From a virus (taxonomy: Duplodnaviria > Caudoviricetes), in IMG/VR virus record IMGVR_UViG_3300005512_000032, positions 1 to 60,560 of that record: a stretch of DNA of 60,560 nucleotides; one strand, written 5' to 3'. Shown piece by piece: positions 18,918 through 27,231 of this stretch. The notes beneath the pieces are model-generated. The model saw only the letters and a list, made by a program, of their open reading frames with translations, did not search any database and was not told the DNA's origin. Within the stretch, counting starts at the first letter, position 1. Every line of letters starts with the position of its first letter. A program made the translations under genes and the position numbers.

Positions 18918-20777
18918 ATGGCGCTATCCAAAGTCAGTTTGCGTCCCGGCATCAACCGGGAGACAACCTCCTACACCAATGAGGGGGGCTGGTTCGACTG
19001 CGACAAGATTCGCTTTCGTTCGGGCTATCCAGAAAAAATTGGCGGGTGGGTCAAACTCAGTGAAGACCAGTTCCTCGGGAGCGCTCGTGCACTGCATCCC
19101 TTCGTTGCTCTGGACGGCACACAGTACATCGGTGTTGGCACCAACTTAAAGTATTACATTGAGCAGGGCGGTGGGTATAACGACATCACCCCTCTGAGAG
19201 CCACCACAGCGGCCGGAGACGTGACTTTCTCGGCAACCAATGGGTCAGCCACCCTGACCGTCTCAGACACCTCTCACGGGGCCATAGAGAACGATTTCGT
19301 GACATTCTCTGGGGCAGTGTCCTTGGGCGGCAATGTCACGGCCGACATACTCAACCAAAATCACCAGATCACAAACGTGATTGACGCCGACAGTTACGAG
19401 ATCGTGGTCAGTGTCACAGCGAACGCATCTGACTCAGGCAACGGCGGGGCCAGTGTGGTGGGCGCGTACGAAATCAATACAGGTCTTGACACCTCTGTTG
19501 TCTTGAACGGCTGGGGCACAGGTGCTTGGAGTCGTGGGACGTGGGGCTCTGGCTCTAACCTGAACACAGTGACAGACATTCTGCGTTTGTGGAGCCATGA
19601 CAACTTCGGTGAAGACCTGATCATCAATGTCAGAAACGGTGGCATTTATTACTGGGATGAGTCGGACAGCAGTCCGGGCAACTTCCAACGGGCCGTTGAA
19701 TTACAAAGCTTGACAGGCGCGGACGCAACCACTCCCACAGTGGCCAAGCAAGTCATTGTGTCAGACCAAGACCGTCACGTCATTTTATTTGGTTGTGATC
19801 CACGAGACAACATTGGCACTGAAGACCCGCTACTCATTCGGTTCTCGGATCAAGAAGACCCGACCACGTGGGATCCAAGTGCGACCAACACCGCAGGCGA
19901 TCTGAGAATCAGTAACGGCTCAGAGATTGTCGCGGCGGTTGAAACGCGCCAACAGATTCTGGTGTGGACCGATGTGTCGTTGCACGCCATGCAGTTCTTG
20001 GGGCCTCCGTTCACTTTTGGTATTGACCAGATCTCGGAGAACACCACGATCATGAGCCCGAAATCAGTAGTGGCAATCGATGACTTGGTCTTTTGGATGG
20101 GCGCGAACCAATTCTATGTGTACAACGGTCGTGTTCAGCCATTGCCATGTAACGTGAAACAATTCGTATTCAATGATTTCAACCTCGGGCAAAAAGAAAA
20201 AGTGTTCGGTGGTCTGAACTCAGCGTTTAACGAGGTGTGGTGGTTCTATCCCTCTTCGGGGTCGGATGATATTGACCGGTACGTGGTGTTCAATTACCAA
20301 GAAGATGTGTGGTACTACGGCTCACTGGCACGGACGGCATGGATCGACCGAGGTATTTCGGACTTCCCAGTCGCGGCCAGTGGTGGATACCTGTACGAGC
20401 ACGAGAACGGATTGAATGATGATGGGTCTGCAATGACCGCGTACATCGAGTCCAGTCAGTTCGACATCGAAGACGGTGAGCACTTCACATTCGTTCGCAG
20501 GGTCTTGCCTGACTTCACATTTGAGGGCTCAACGGCCACATCGCCTGTTGTAGACTTAACACTAAAAGTACGGAACTTTCCGGGCGGTAATTACCTAAAC
20601 AGTGATGAGAACTCGGTCACAAGATCTTCGACTACGCCCGTAGAACAGTTTACAAATCAAGTATTTACAAGACTCAGAGGTCGCTCCATGGCGATCAGAG
20701 CGGAGTCTGACACTGAGGATGTGGCGTGGCGCTTTGGCACGCCGAGGATTGATATACGGCGTGACGGGAGAAGGTAG
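18918..20777 (+). CDS. Tail nozzle / packaged-DNA stabilisation protein (P22 gp10-like role)
   Basis: 619-aa beta-rich protein; PGINRE.T.Y..EGGWFDCDK.RFR N-terminus; C-terminal DGRR. Confidence 0.6.
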   Translation: MALSKVSLRPGINRETTSYTNEGGWFDCDKIRFRSGYPEKIGGWVKLSEDQFLGSARALHPFVALDGTQYIGVGTNLKYYIEQGGGYNDITPLRATTAAGDVTFSATNGSATLTVSDTSHGAIENDFVTFSGAVSLGGNVTADILNQNHQITNVIDADSYEIVVSVTANASDSGNGGASVVGAYEINTGLDTSVVLNGWGTGAWSRGTWGSGSNLNTVTDILRLWSHDNFGEDLIINVRNGGIYYWDESDSSPGNFQRAVELQSLTGADATTPTVAKQVIVSDQDRHVILFGCDPRDNIGTEDPLLIRFSDQEDPTTWDPSATNTAGDLRISNGSEIVAAVETRQQILVWTDVSLHAMQFLGPPFTFGIDQISENTTIMSPKSVVAIDDLVFWMGANQFYVYNGRVQPLPCNVKQFVFNDFNLGQKEKVFGGLNSAFNEVWWFYPSSGSDDIDRYVVFNYQEDVWYYGSLARTAWIDRGISDFPVAASGGYLYEHENGLNDDGSAMTAYIESSQFDIEDGEHFTFVRRVLPDFTFEGSTATSPVVDLTLKVRNFPGGNYLNSDENSVTRSSTTPVEQFTNQVFTRLRGRSMAIRAESDTEDVAWRFGTPRIDIRRDGRR

Positions 20778-21076
20778 TGGCATCCCGTCGATTAGTCCGT
20801 CCGTTATTTCCTGTACCGCCGGGCGAATACAGCCCGCAGTACATGGCGGAGATTGTCCGTCAATTTTCTGTATTTATACAGCAGTTTAATAATCCGGGAG
20901 ACGCACGGTTCACTGAGCTGACACTGACAGCATTACAAGAAAACGATGTCGGACTGCCAGAAGGCGGGGTGTATAAGCAGGGTGGATTTTTGAAGATTGC
21001 AGAGTTGCACACATCGGCCCCGGCCGGTTTGTCTTCGTCTGCTTCCGTTGGATCAGTAACCGTGAGCATTTCATAA
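20777..21076 (+). CDS. Hypothetical structural protein
   Basis: Coupled ORF following the nozzle gene. Confidence 0.55.
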   Translation: MASRRLVRPLFPVPPGEYSPQYMAEIVRQFSVFIQQFNNPGDARFTELTLTALQENDVGLPEGGVYKQGGFLKIAELHTSAPAGLSSSASVGSVTVSIS

Positions 21077-21288
21077 TGGCTGAAATAGATAGAGAACTTG
21101 GTGAGCTTTCGGCACGAATGACCGTGCTGGAGCGAGAGATGAAAGAACTGCGTGCAGACATCAAGTGGATGCGTGACACAGTTCAACAGACAAAAGGTGG
21201 GTGGAGAACGATTGCGTTCTTGATTTCCGCAGGCGGAGTGACAGGGGCCTTCCTGACGTGGTTTGCCCATAACGCTTTAGGCAAATAG
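21076..21288 (+). CDS. Coiled-coil plus C-terminal TM protein (lysis-associated, XhlA-like)
   Basis: Heptad N-terminus and hydrophobic C-terminus. Confidence 0.5.
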   Translation: MAEIDRELGELSARMTVLEREMKELRADIKWMRDTVQQTKGGWRTIAFLISAGGVTGAFLTWFAHNALGK

Positions 21289-21304
21289 CCTTGAGGAGCG
21301 TGTC

Positions 21305-21754
21305 ATGATTTTCGAAGCAATTGCGGCCGTCAAGATTGCCAATGAGGCAATCGGTGCAATCAAAGAGTTTGCAGGTCACATCCAGTCTGTAGGCGAGATG
21401 GGGCCACAGCTTACTAAGCTAGCCGATGCCAAGGAAGTCATGGAGCAGAAAGCCAAGGAAGGTTCAATGGAACACTTCTTTGAGCTTGAGAAGATTAAGC
21501 AGAGAGAAGCCGAAATCAAGCAACTATTTATCTACAGTGGTCGTCCGGGACTGTGGGAGGACTATCAAAAATTTATCGCTAACAGGAAGCAACTAAAAGA
21601 GAATGAACGCAAACGTATCGCACAAGCCAAGGCTCGTAAGAAAAGACTCATTAAGGAATGGACTCTTGGCATTGTTATTACCCTTGCCACCCTTTCTGCT
21701 GTTGGGATATGCGCTTACTTCCTATATTGGCTCATAGCAACGAAAGGAGGTTGA
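21305..21754 (+). CDS. Hypothetical membrane-anchored protein
   Basis: GAGGAG RBS; C-terminal TM segment. Confidence 0.55.
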   Translation: MIFEAIAAVKIANEAIGAIKEFAGHIQSVGEMGPQLTKLADAKEVMEQKAKEGSMEHFFELEKIKQREAEIKQLFIYSGRPGLWEDYQKFIANRKQLKENERKRIAQAKARKKRLIKEWTLGIVITLATLSAVGICAYFLYWLIATKGG

Positions 21755-21755
21755 C

Positions 21756-21938
21756 GTGTGGATGTTATTCGCAATCATCATTACGGTTAATGGGTACGGC
21801 GTAATGCCTCAAGGCCCATTCGCAACAATGGATGAGTGCTTTGAAGCTCGTCAGTATTTTATAGATACAGCACCACAGCCCAAGATTAATTACGAAGCTG
21901 TGTGCATACAGACAGATCAAGTGAGAAGCGGAGCATGA
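21756..21938 (+). CDS. Small hypothetical protein
   Basis: AGGAGG RBS, GTG start, hydrophobic N-terminus, two Cys. Confidence 0.5.
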   Translation: MWMLFAIIITVNGYGVMPQGPFATMDECFEARQYFIDTAPQPKINYEAVCIQTDQVRSGA

Positions 21939-22303
21939 TTGGCATATTAGGTAAAATACTTGGCTCGGGCGATGTCATCAAGAAAGGCATGGAGCTGATT
22001 GATGATATGCATACAAGCACTGAAGAAGAGATTGCTCAAAAGTCAAAAGCGAAAATTGACTTAATGAATGCGTATGCTCCCTTCAAGCTAGCCCAGCGTT
22101 ACATCGCTCTCATGTTCACAGCAGTGTTCCTCAGCATGTTTGTCCTCGTGCTTGCGATGACCCTTGCCGGTGAAGGCGACATTGACGCAGTCAAACAGAT
22201 CATCGGTGATTTCTGGATAGGTGAGATCATGCTGATGATCGTGGGATTTTATTTCGGCGGAGGCTTGGTCGATTCAGTCGGTTCTGCGAAAAACAAAAAG
22301 TAA
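21935..22303 (+). CDS. Holin (3TM/GTA-holin-like)
   Basis: Amphipathic N-terminus, two TM segments, GFYFGG motif; close to the endolysin. Confidence 0.65.
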   Translation: MIGILGKILGSGDVIKKGMELIDDMHTSTEEEIAQKSKAKIDLMNAYAPFKLAQRYIALMFTAVFLSMFVLVLAMTLAGEGDIDAVKQIIGDFWIGEIMLMIVGFYFGGGLVDSVGSAKNKK

Positions 22304-22358
22304 CACTGTAACAAAAACCGTGGTATCGTTGGTAAACCCCTGAAAATAGGAGGCATCT

Positions 22359-23363
22359 GTGTCGGGGAATGACGAGCTATTACTTCAGACTGCACGACTC
22401 TACAAGAAGCACAACGGAAGTATCATAGCCTGCGCCAGAGAGCTCGAAGTTGCAAGGACTACAATGCAGAGTCGAGTCGAAACAGCCAAGACCAAGGGCT
22501 ACATCCGAGAAGAAATTTGCGTTGCCAAGGATGAAGAAGACCTCAAGAAGGTTTACCTGAAGCCTCACTACAAGATTTATCAACGCCCGAAGTCGCACGA
22601 TGTCAGTGCCCGCGTGCTTGCCATTGGTGACAGCCATGATGGCCCTGACATACCAGACAAGTCTCGTTTCTTTGCCATGGGTGAATACTGCGCTCAGAAC
22701 GAGATTGATCAAGTAGTTCAGATTGGAGACTTCGCGTCACTGGACAGCATGTCCTCACATGACCAAAACTGGACGCTGAAGGGACAACAGAAGCCCAGCT
22801 TCAAACAAGACATTGAAAGCCTTGAGCAGGCGCTCATTGCGTTTGACAACGGCCTGAGCGGTTACGAGTGTCAGAAGCACATCACTCTAGGCAATCACGA
22901 AGACCGCATCAGTCGGTTCGTGAACAACAATCCAGAGATGTCAGAGTTATTGTTCGAGCGGTTGTACGAGCTGTTAGAGTTTTACGAGTGGTCTTACTCG
23001 CCCTTTGGCGAGTTTCACTTTATTGGGGATGTGGGGTTCACACACGTTCCATTGAATGCCATGGGCAAGCCGTACGGCGGTATCAATTCTGAAAGTCAGA
23101 TCGCCCGAGATAGTTTGCATGATGTTGTGTACGGACACACTCACAAGCGGGTAGACAAAACCTTCCCAAAGATCGGTCATGAGTTTATCACTATCGTGAA
23201 TCTGGGGTGCTCTTTACCGAGCGGCCATGTTGAGGATTATGCTCGACATTCTGTGACCGGCTGGAGCTACGGTGTATACGACATGACCATTAGAAATGGT
23301 AGAATACAAGAGTCCACATGGATCACGATGGACCGATTAATGAGAGAATATTCAAATGCGTGA
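22359..23363 (+). CDS. Calcineurin-like metallophosphoesterase with N-terminal HTH
   Basis: GDSH, GDFASLD, GNHE and GHTH motifs. Confidence 0.85.
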   Translation: MSGNDELLLQTARLYKKHNGSIIACARELEVARTTMQSRVETAKTKGYIREEICVAKDEEDLKKVYLKPHYKIYQRPKSHDVSARVLAIGDSHDGPDIPDKSRFFAMGEYCAQNEIDQVVQIGDFASLDSMSSHDQNWTLKGQQKPSFKQDIESLEQALIAFDNGLSGYECQKHITLGNHEDRISRFVNNNPEMSELLFERLYELLEFYEWSYSPFGEFHFIGDVGFTHVPLNAMGKPYGGINSESQIARDSLHDVVYGHTHKRVDKTFPKIGHEFITIVNLGCSLPSGHVEDYARHSVTGWSYGVYDMTIRNGRIQESTWITMDRLMREYSNA

Positions 23364-23763
23364 GATTGATAAAATCATTGTTCATTGTTCTGCCACCCCG
23401 GAGGGGCGCGATGTCTCCACAGATGAAATTAGACAATGGCACCTCGACAGGGGTTGGTCTGACATTGGCTACCATTTTGTTGTCGAACTCGATGGGACCG
23501 TTTGTGACGGACGCCCCATTGAAGTCGCTGGTGCACACGCTAAAGGCCAGAACGCAGACTCAATCGGAGTTTGCTACGTGGGAGGCGTTGACGAAGACGG
23601 CGAACCGAAAGACACGCGGACCGAGGAACAAAAAGAAGCACTGGTTGAGCTACTTACAGACCTGAAAGAAAACCATGGCAATCCAGACATTTTTGGGCAC
23701 CGTGACTTCTCGAGCAAGGCCTGCCCATCTTTTGATGCAATGAAAGAATACGAGGACCTGTAA
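23356..23763 (+). CDS. Endolysin, N-acetylmuramoyl-L-alanine amidase (T7 lysozyme-like)
   Basis: IIVHCSAT, IGYHF, GAHAKG.N..SIGVC.VGG and GHRD...KACPSFD motifs. Confidence 0.93.
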   Translation: MREIDKIIVHCSATPEGRDVSTDEIRQWHLDRGWSDIGYHFVVELDGTVCDGRPIEVAGAHAKGQNADSIGVCYVGGVDEDGEPKDTRTEEQKEALVELLTDLKENHGNPDIFGHRDFSSKACPSFDAMKEYEDL

Positions 23764-24620
23764 TGCTTCCACTCATCGGATCTGCACTTGGATCATACTT
23801 AGCGCCACAGCTTGGCATCTCGGCGCTCACAGCAAGCGCTGTCGGCTCTGGATTGGGTGGTTTATTGCAGACCGGTAATTTGGGCCAAGGGATTAGCGCA
23901 GGACTTGGTGCATACGCCACAGGGGGTATGTACGGCAACATGGCTCAGAAGGCTTTGCCTGAAGACTTCTCAATGTTGGGTCTTGGCGCAGAGCAGTTGG
24001 GTCAGATTATCGGTGCAGGTGCGGCCGGACAAGCCATGGCACCGAAGCCTTACAAGCGTCCCACACTGGAAGGTGTCGAGGGGTACGGATCACGACTCAC
24101 TACACCACTGACACAGCGCCGTAGACGCCGTTCTGAGACAGGTTCAGTAAAGGGTTTCCAAGAGGGCGGCATCATGTCGATGGCCGGGCCCGCAATGAAC
24201 GACAAAGAAGTGGTGTCCATGGCAATCAAAGCCTTGAAAGGACAGTTAGACCAAGAGACAGCGGTTCGCATTCTTTCAGATTTTGCGGCTAAGTTCGGGC
24301 GTGACGCCCTGATTGACTTGGCAACCCGAGTACAGAGTGGTGCAGTGGATGACACAGCGGCTCGCTCTGAGGGAATGATCCGTGGTGGCGGTGACGGCAT
24401 GGATGACTTAGTCCCAGCCACTCTCGAGGGAGAGGAGGACGTGCTCCTTTCTGACAACGAATACATTGTGCCTGCGGATGTGGTGAGCGGTTTAGGCAAC
24501 GGATCCTCGGACGCGGGCGCTAGAGAACTTGACCGAATGATGGATCGTGTACGGACATCTCGGACCGGAACCACTAAACAACCGGAGCAAGTTCCTGCAC
24601 AGCAAATGCTCCCTGTATGA
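23763..24620 (+). CDS. Putative internal virion/ejection protein
   Basis: Gly/Ala-rich hydrophobic N-terminus; FQEGG; G.GDG.DD.VPA..LSD.EY..PADVV domain. Confidence 0.6.
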   Translation: MLPLIGSALGSYLAPQLGISALTASAVGSGLGGLLQTGNLGQGISAGLGAYATGGMYGNMAQKALPEDFSMLGLGAEQLGQIIGAGAAGQAMAPKPYKRPTLEGVEGYGSRLTTPLTQRRRRRSETGSVKGFQEGGIMSMAGPAMNDKEVVSMAIKALKGQLDQETAVRILSDFAAKFGRDALIDLATRVQSGAVDDTAARSEGMIRGGGDGMDDLVPATLEGEEDVLLSDNEYIVPADVVSGLGNGSSDAGARELDRMMDRVRTSRTGTTKQPEQVPAQQMLPV

Positions 24621-25036
24621 TCTTTACGCTGATCCCGCACGAGCATGTGCTGAATGTCTGGCCCGAAGTGGCTGACATGTTTGATCGAGCGACCCGAACC
24701 ACCAATGGCCGGTTTGATAAACTGAGTGTATTGGATGAGCTGTTAGACAATCACATTAGTTTATGGGTGATCTACGAGGACAATCAACCGGTTGCCAGTT
24801 TGACAACTCGAGTGATTCCTTACAAACAATACAGTTCACTGTCGATTGATTGGGTCGGCGGGAACAAGATGAAGCACTGGCTCGATGATGCCATGCAGAC
24901 GTTAAAGAATTATGCCAAGGACCAAGGTTGTAGTCGCTTGGAGGGCAGGGGCCGATCCGGATGGACTCGGGCTTTGAAAAAATACGGCTGGAAGCCGGAC
25001 TATATTGCTGTTGAATTGGAGCTAAACGATGAGTAA
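24617..25036 (+). CDS. GNAT-like acyltransferase adjacent to ejection proteins
   Basis: L.I..VGG..M..W and AK..GC..LEG.GR.GW.R.L pattern. Confidence 0.6.
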   Translation: MIFTLIPHEHVLNVWPEVADMFDRATRTTNGRFDKLSVLDELLDNHISLWVIYEDNQPVASLTTRVIPYKQYSSLSIDWVGGNKMKHWLDDAMQTLKNYAKDQGCSRLEGRGRSGWTRALKKYGWKPDYIAVELELNDE

Positions 25037-25901
25037 GGGCGGCGGCGGAACCCAGACAGTCATTCAGGGCGAAGTACCAGAGTACGCAGAACCGTACCTC
25101 AAGAACATTCTTGCCACGGCCGAAGAAACATATATTCGTCCGTACGAAGAATACACCGGACCACGTATTGCGGAGGAAGCTCCACAGCGCACACTGGCCA
25201 GTGAAGGTATTGAACAGTTAGTTGAGGTCGGCGCTCCGTATTACGGTGAGGCAATGGACTTAACGCGTGGTCTGATTCGTCAGTACCAAGAGCCACAACA
25301 GTTCACCACAGAGATTGCCCAAGAATACATGACGCCTTTCTTAGAAGAGAATCTTCGCAGACAGAAAGAGGCGGCGCTCACAGATTATCAAACACAAGCG
25401 GCACGTCGATCAGCGGACGCCATCAAGGCGGGCGCTTTTGGTGGTGGTCGTGAAGGTGTTGTTGAAGCGCAGGCCGAGTCGGGATTACTCAAGCGATTAG
25501 CAGACATTGAGGCCACGGGTCGTCAATCGGCGTTTGAGCAAGCACAAAGGCAATTTGAGCGAGATCGTATGTTCCGCTCAGGGCAGTTGGGGTCACAGGC
25601 CGAACTAGCGGGTGGTCTTGCGGGACTGGGCGAGTCATCGACACAGGCGTATTTACAGCGCTTACAACAGCTTGAAGGTGTTGGTAAGGCCGAAGAAGCC
25701 CGCAGACAGCTCCAGTTGGATCAGGCGTACCAAGAGTTCTTGGCACAGCAGGCATTCCCAGAAGAGCAGTTGGAGCGTTTTGGTGCACTGGTACGCGGCA
25801 CACCACAGGCAACCCGTACAGCGCCTGTGAATGTAGGACAGCAGTTACTTGGGTTGGGCTTAACAGGATTACAGCTCGCTGATTTGGGGGCATTCGGATA
25901 A
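25029..25901 (+). CDS. Putative ejection (DNA pilot) protein
   Basis: N-terminal MSKGGGG; GAFGG.R motif; Gln/Ala-rich helices. Confidence 0.6.
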   Translation: MSKGGGGTQTVIQGEVPEYAEPYLKNILATAEETYIRPYEEYTGPRIAEEAPQRTLASEGIEQLVEVGAPYYGEAMDLTRGLIRQYQEPQQFTTEIAQEYMTPFLEENLRRQKEAALTDYQTQAARRSADAIKAGAFGGGREGVVEAQAESGLLKRLADIEATGRQSAFEQAQRQFERDRMFRSGQLGSQAELAGGLAGLGESSTQAYLQRLQQLEGVGKAEEARRQLQLDQAYQEFLAQQAFPEEQLERFGALVRGTPQATRTAPVNVGQQLLGLGLTGLQLADLGAFG

Positions 25902-27223
25902 TGAACATTTTAGAGTTACAAGAAGCACTCAAGGACATGAGCCAGAACCAGTTGCTTCGTGAGGCAACACAGCCCTCTGGTGTGGCACCTTCGTTCATGG
26001 TGGTCAGTGAGCTCAAGCGCCGTCAGGACATGCGTCAGCGCTATCAGAATCAGGCTCCGAAGATGACAGTGGCTGAAGAGGTTGTGGGCCGTAGCCTGCA
26101 ACCCATGATGCCACAACAAATGCCACAGCCTATGCAACAGCCTATGCCAATGCAACAGCCCATGATGCAACCACAAATGCAACAGCCCATGATGCAACAG
26201 CCAATGATGCAAGAAGAGCCACGCCGCATGTTCATGGGAGGTGTTGTACGTGGACTTGGTAGTCTTTTTAGACGCCAGACGCCCGTGTCTCCATCCGTGG
26301 GCAGACAACAGGTAATGGGTCCGGGAGCAACCGTTGGTCGAACAGGAGTCGCTCCTCAGAGCGGTGGCACAAATATGCCAATGACTCCGATTAACCCGGC
26401 TCAATTACCTGTTCCTTATGTGCCTCCAACAACAATGCAGAAAGGCTTGCGGGCACTAAAAGGTGCTGGAAAGTTTGCTTTAGGTATGACACCACTCGGC
26501 GCGGCGGCAATTGCCGCAGGTCCATCAACAATGGGTGACGGCACCATGGCAGGACGGTTTGGTCTGAGTGAAGAAGACTTCGGGTTACTTGTGCAGGAAG
26601 CCGAGAAGCGGGGGGTCACACCGTACGATGATCGCTTTGCGGATTTTGTGGCGTCATTCAAGCAGTCACAACAGCCCATGTCTCGTGAAGAGATGCTTGA
26701 ACAGATGCAGAAGCAAGGGCAGGAAGGGCAGGCCGAAGGCGCGGAGCGTCCTAAGACTTACCTCGAGCAGTTGATGGAAAACATCGAAGAGCGCGAGAAG
26801 CGTGGTCAAAAGTTAGGTCTGGCTCAACTTGGTCTTGAGATCGCATCCCGTGCGGGCGAAGGCAAGCCATTCTTAACCAGTGTCTCTGAAGCAGGGCTGG
26901 CCGCATTGCCACAGTTCCAGAGGGCAGGTGACGCACGTACCAAGATGTTGGGCGCGTTGGCCGAAGCTGAGATGAAAGCAAAGTCAGGCGGAGCGGATCT
27001 TGGAGATCTCATCAAGTATCGTGAAGACATTGCCAAAACATTGAACGATCCGATTGCGTCCGCTCAATTGAGCGAGCCCGAAAAGCAACAACTCAGAGCT
27101 CGGCTGTCAGAGATTGATGCACGAATTCAGATGTCGTTCGGTATCAGTGGCACAACAGGCGGTGGACAACAAGATCTTGGAGCATTGATTCAGCAGGCGT
27201 TACAAGCTAGACAACAGTCATAG
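25901..27223 (+). CDS. Putative ejection protein with QQPM repeats
   Basis: Low-complexity (M)QQPM tract at about 26100-26215; lies just upstream of the giant gene. Confidence 0.6.
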   Translation: MNILELQEALKDMSQNQLLREATQPSGVAPSFMVVSELKRRQDMRQRYQNQAPKMTVAEEVVGRSLQPMMPQQMPQPMQQPMPMQQPMMQPQMQQPMMQQPMMQEEPRRMFMGGVVRGLGSLFRRQTPVSPSVGRQQVMGPGATVGRTGVAPQSGGTNMPMTPINPAQLPVPYVPPTTMQKGLRALKGAGKFALGMTPLGAAAIAAGPSTMGDGTMAGRFGLSEEDFGLLVQEAEKRGVTPYDDRFADFVASFKQSQQPMSREEMLEQMQKQGQEGQAEGAERPKTYLEQLMENIEEREKRGQKLGLAQLGLEIASRAGEGKPFLTSVSEAGLAALPQFQRAGDARTKMLGALAEAEMKAKSGGADLGDLIKYREDIAKTLNDPIASAQLSEPEKQQLRARLSEIDARIQMSFGISGTTGGGQQDLGALIQQALQARQQS

Positions 27224-27231
27224 GTGTCCGA

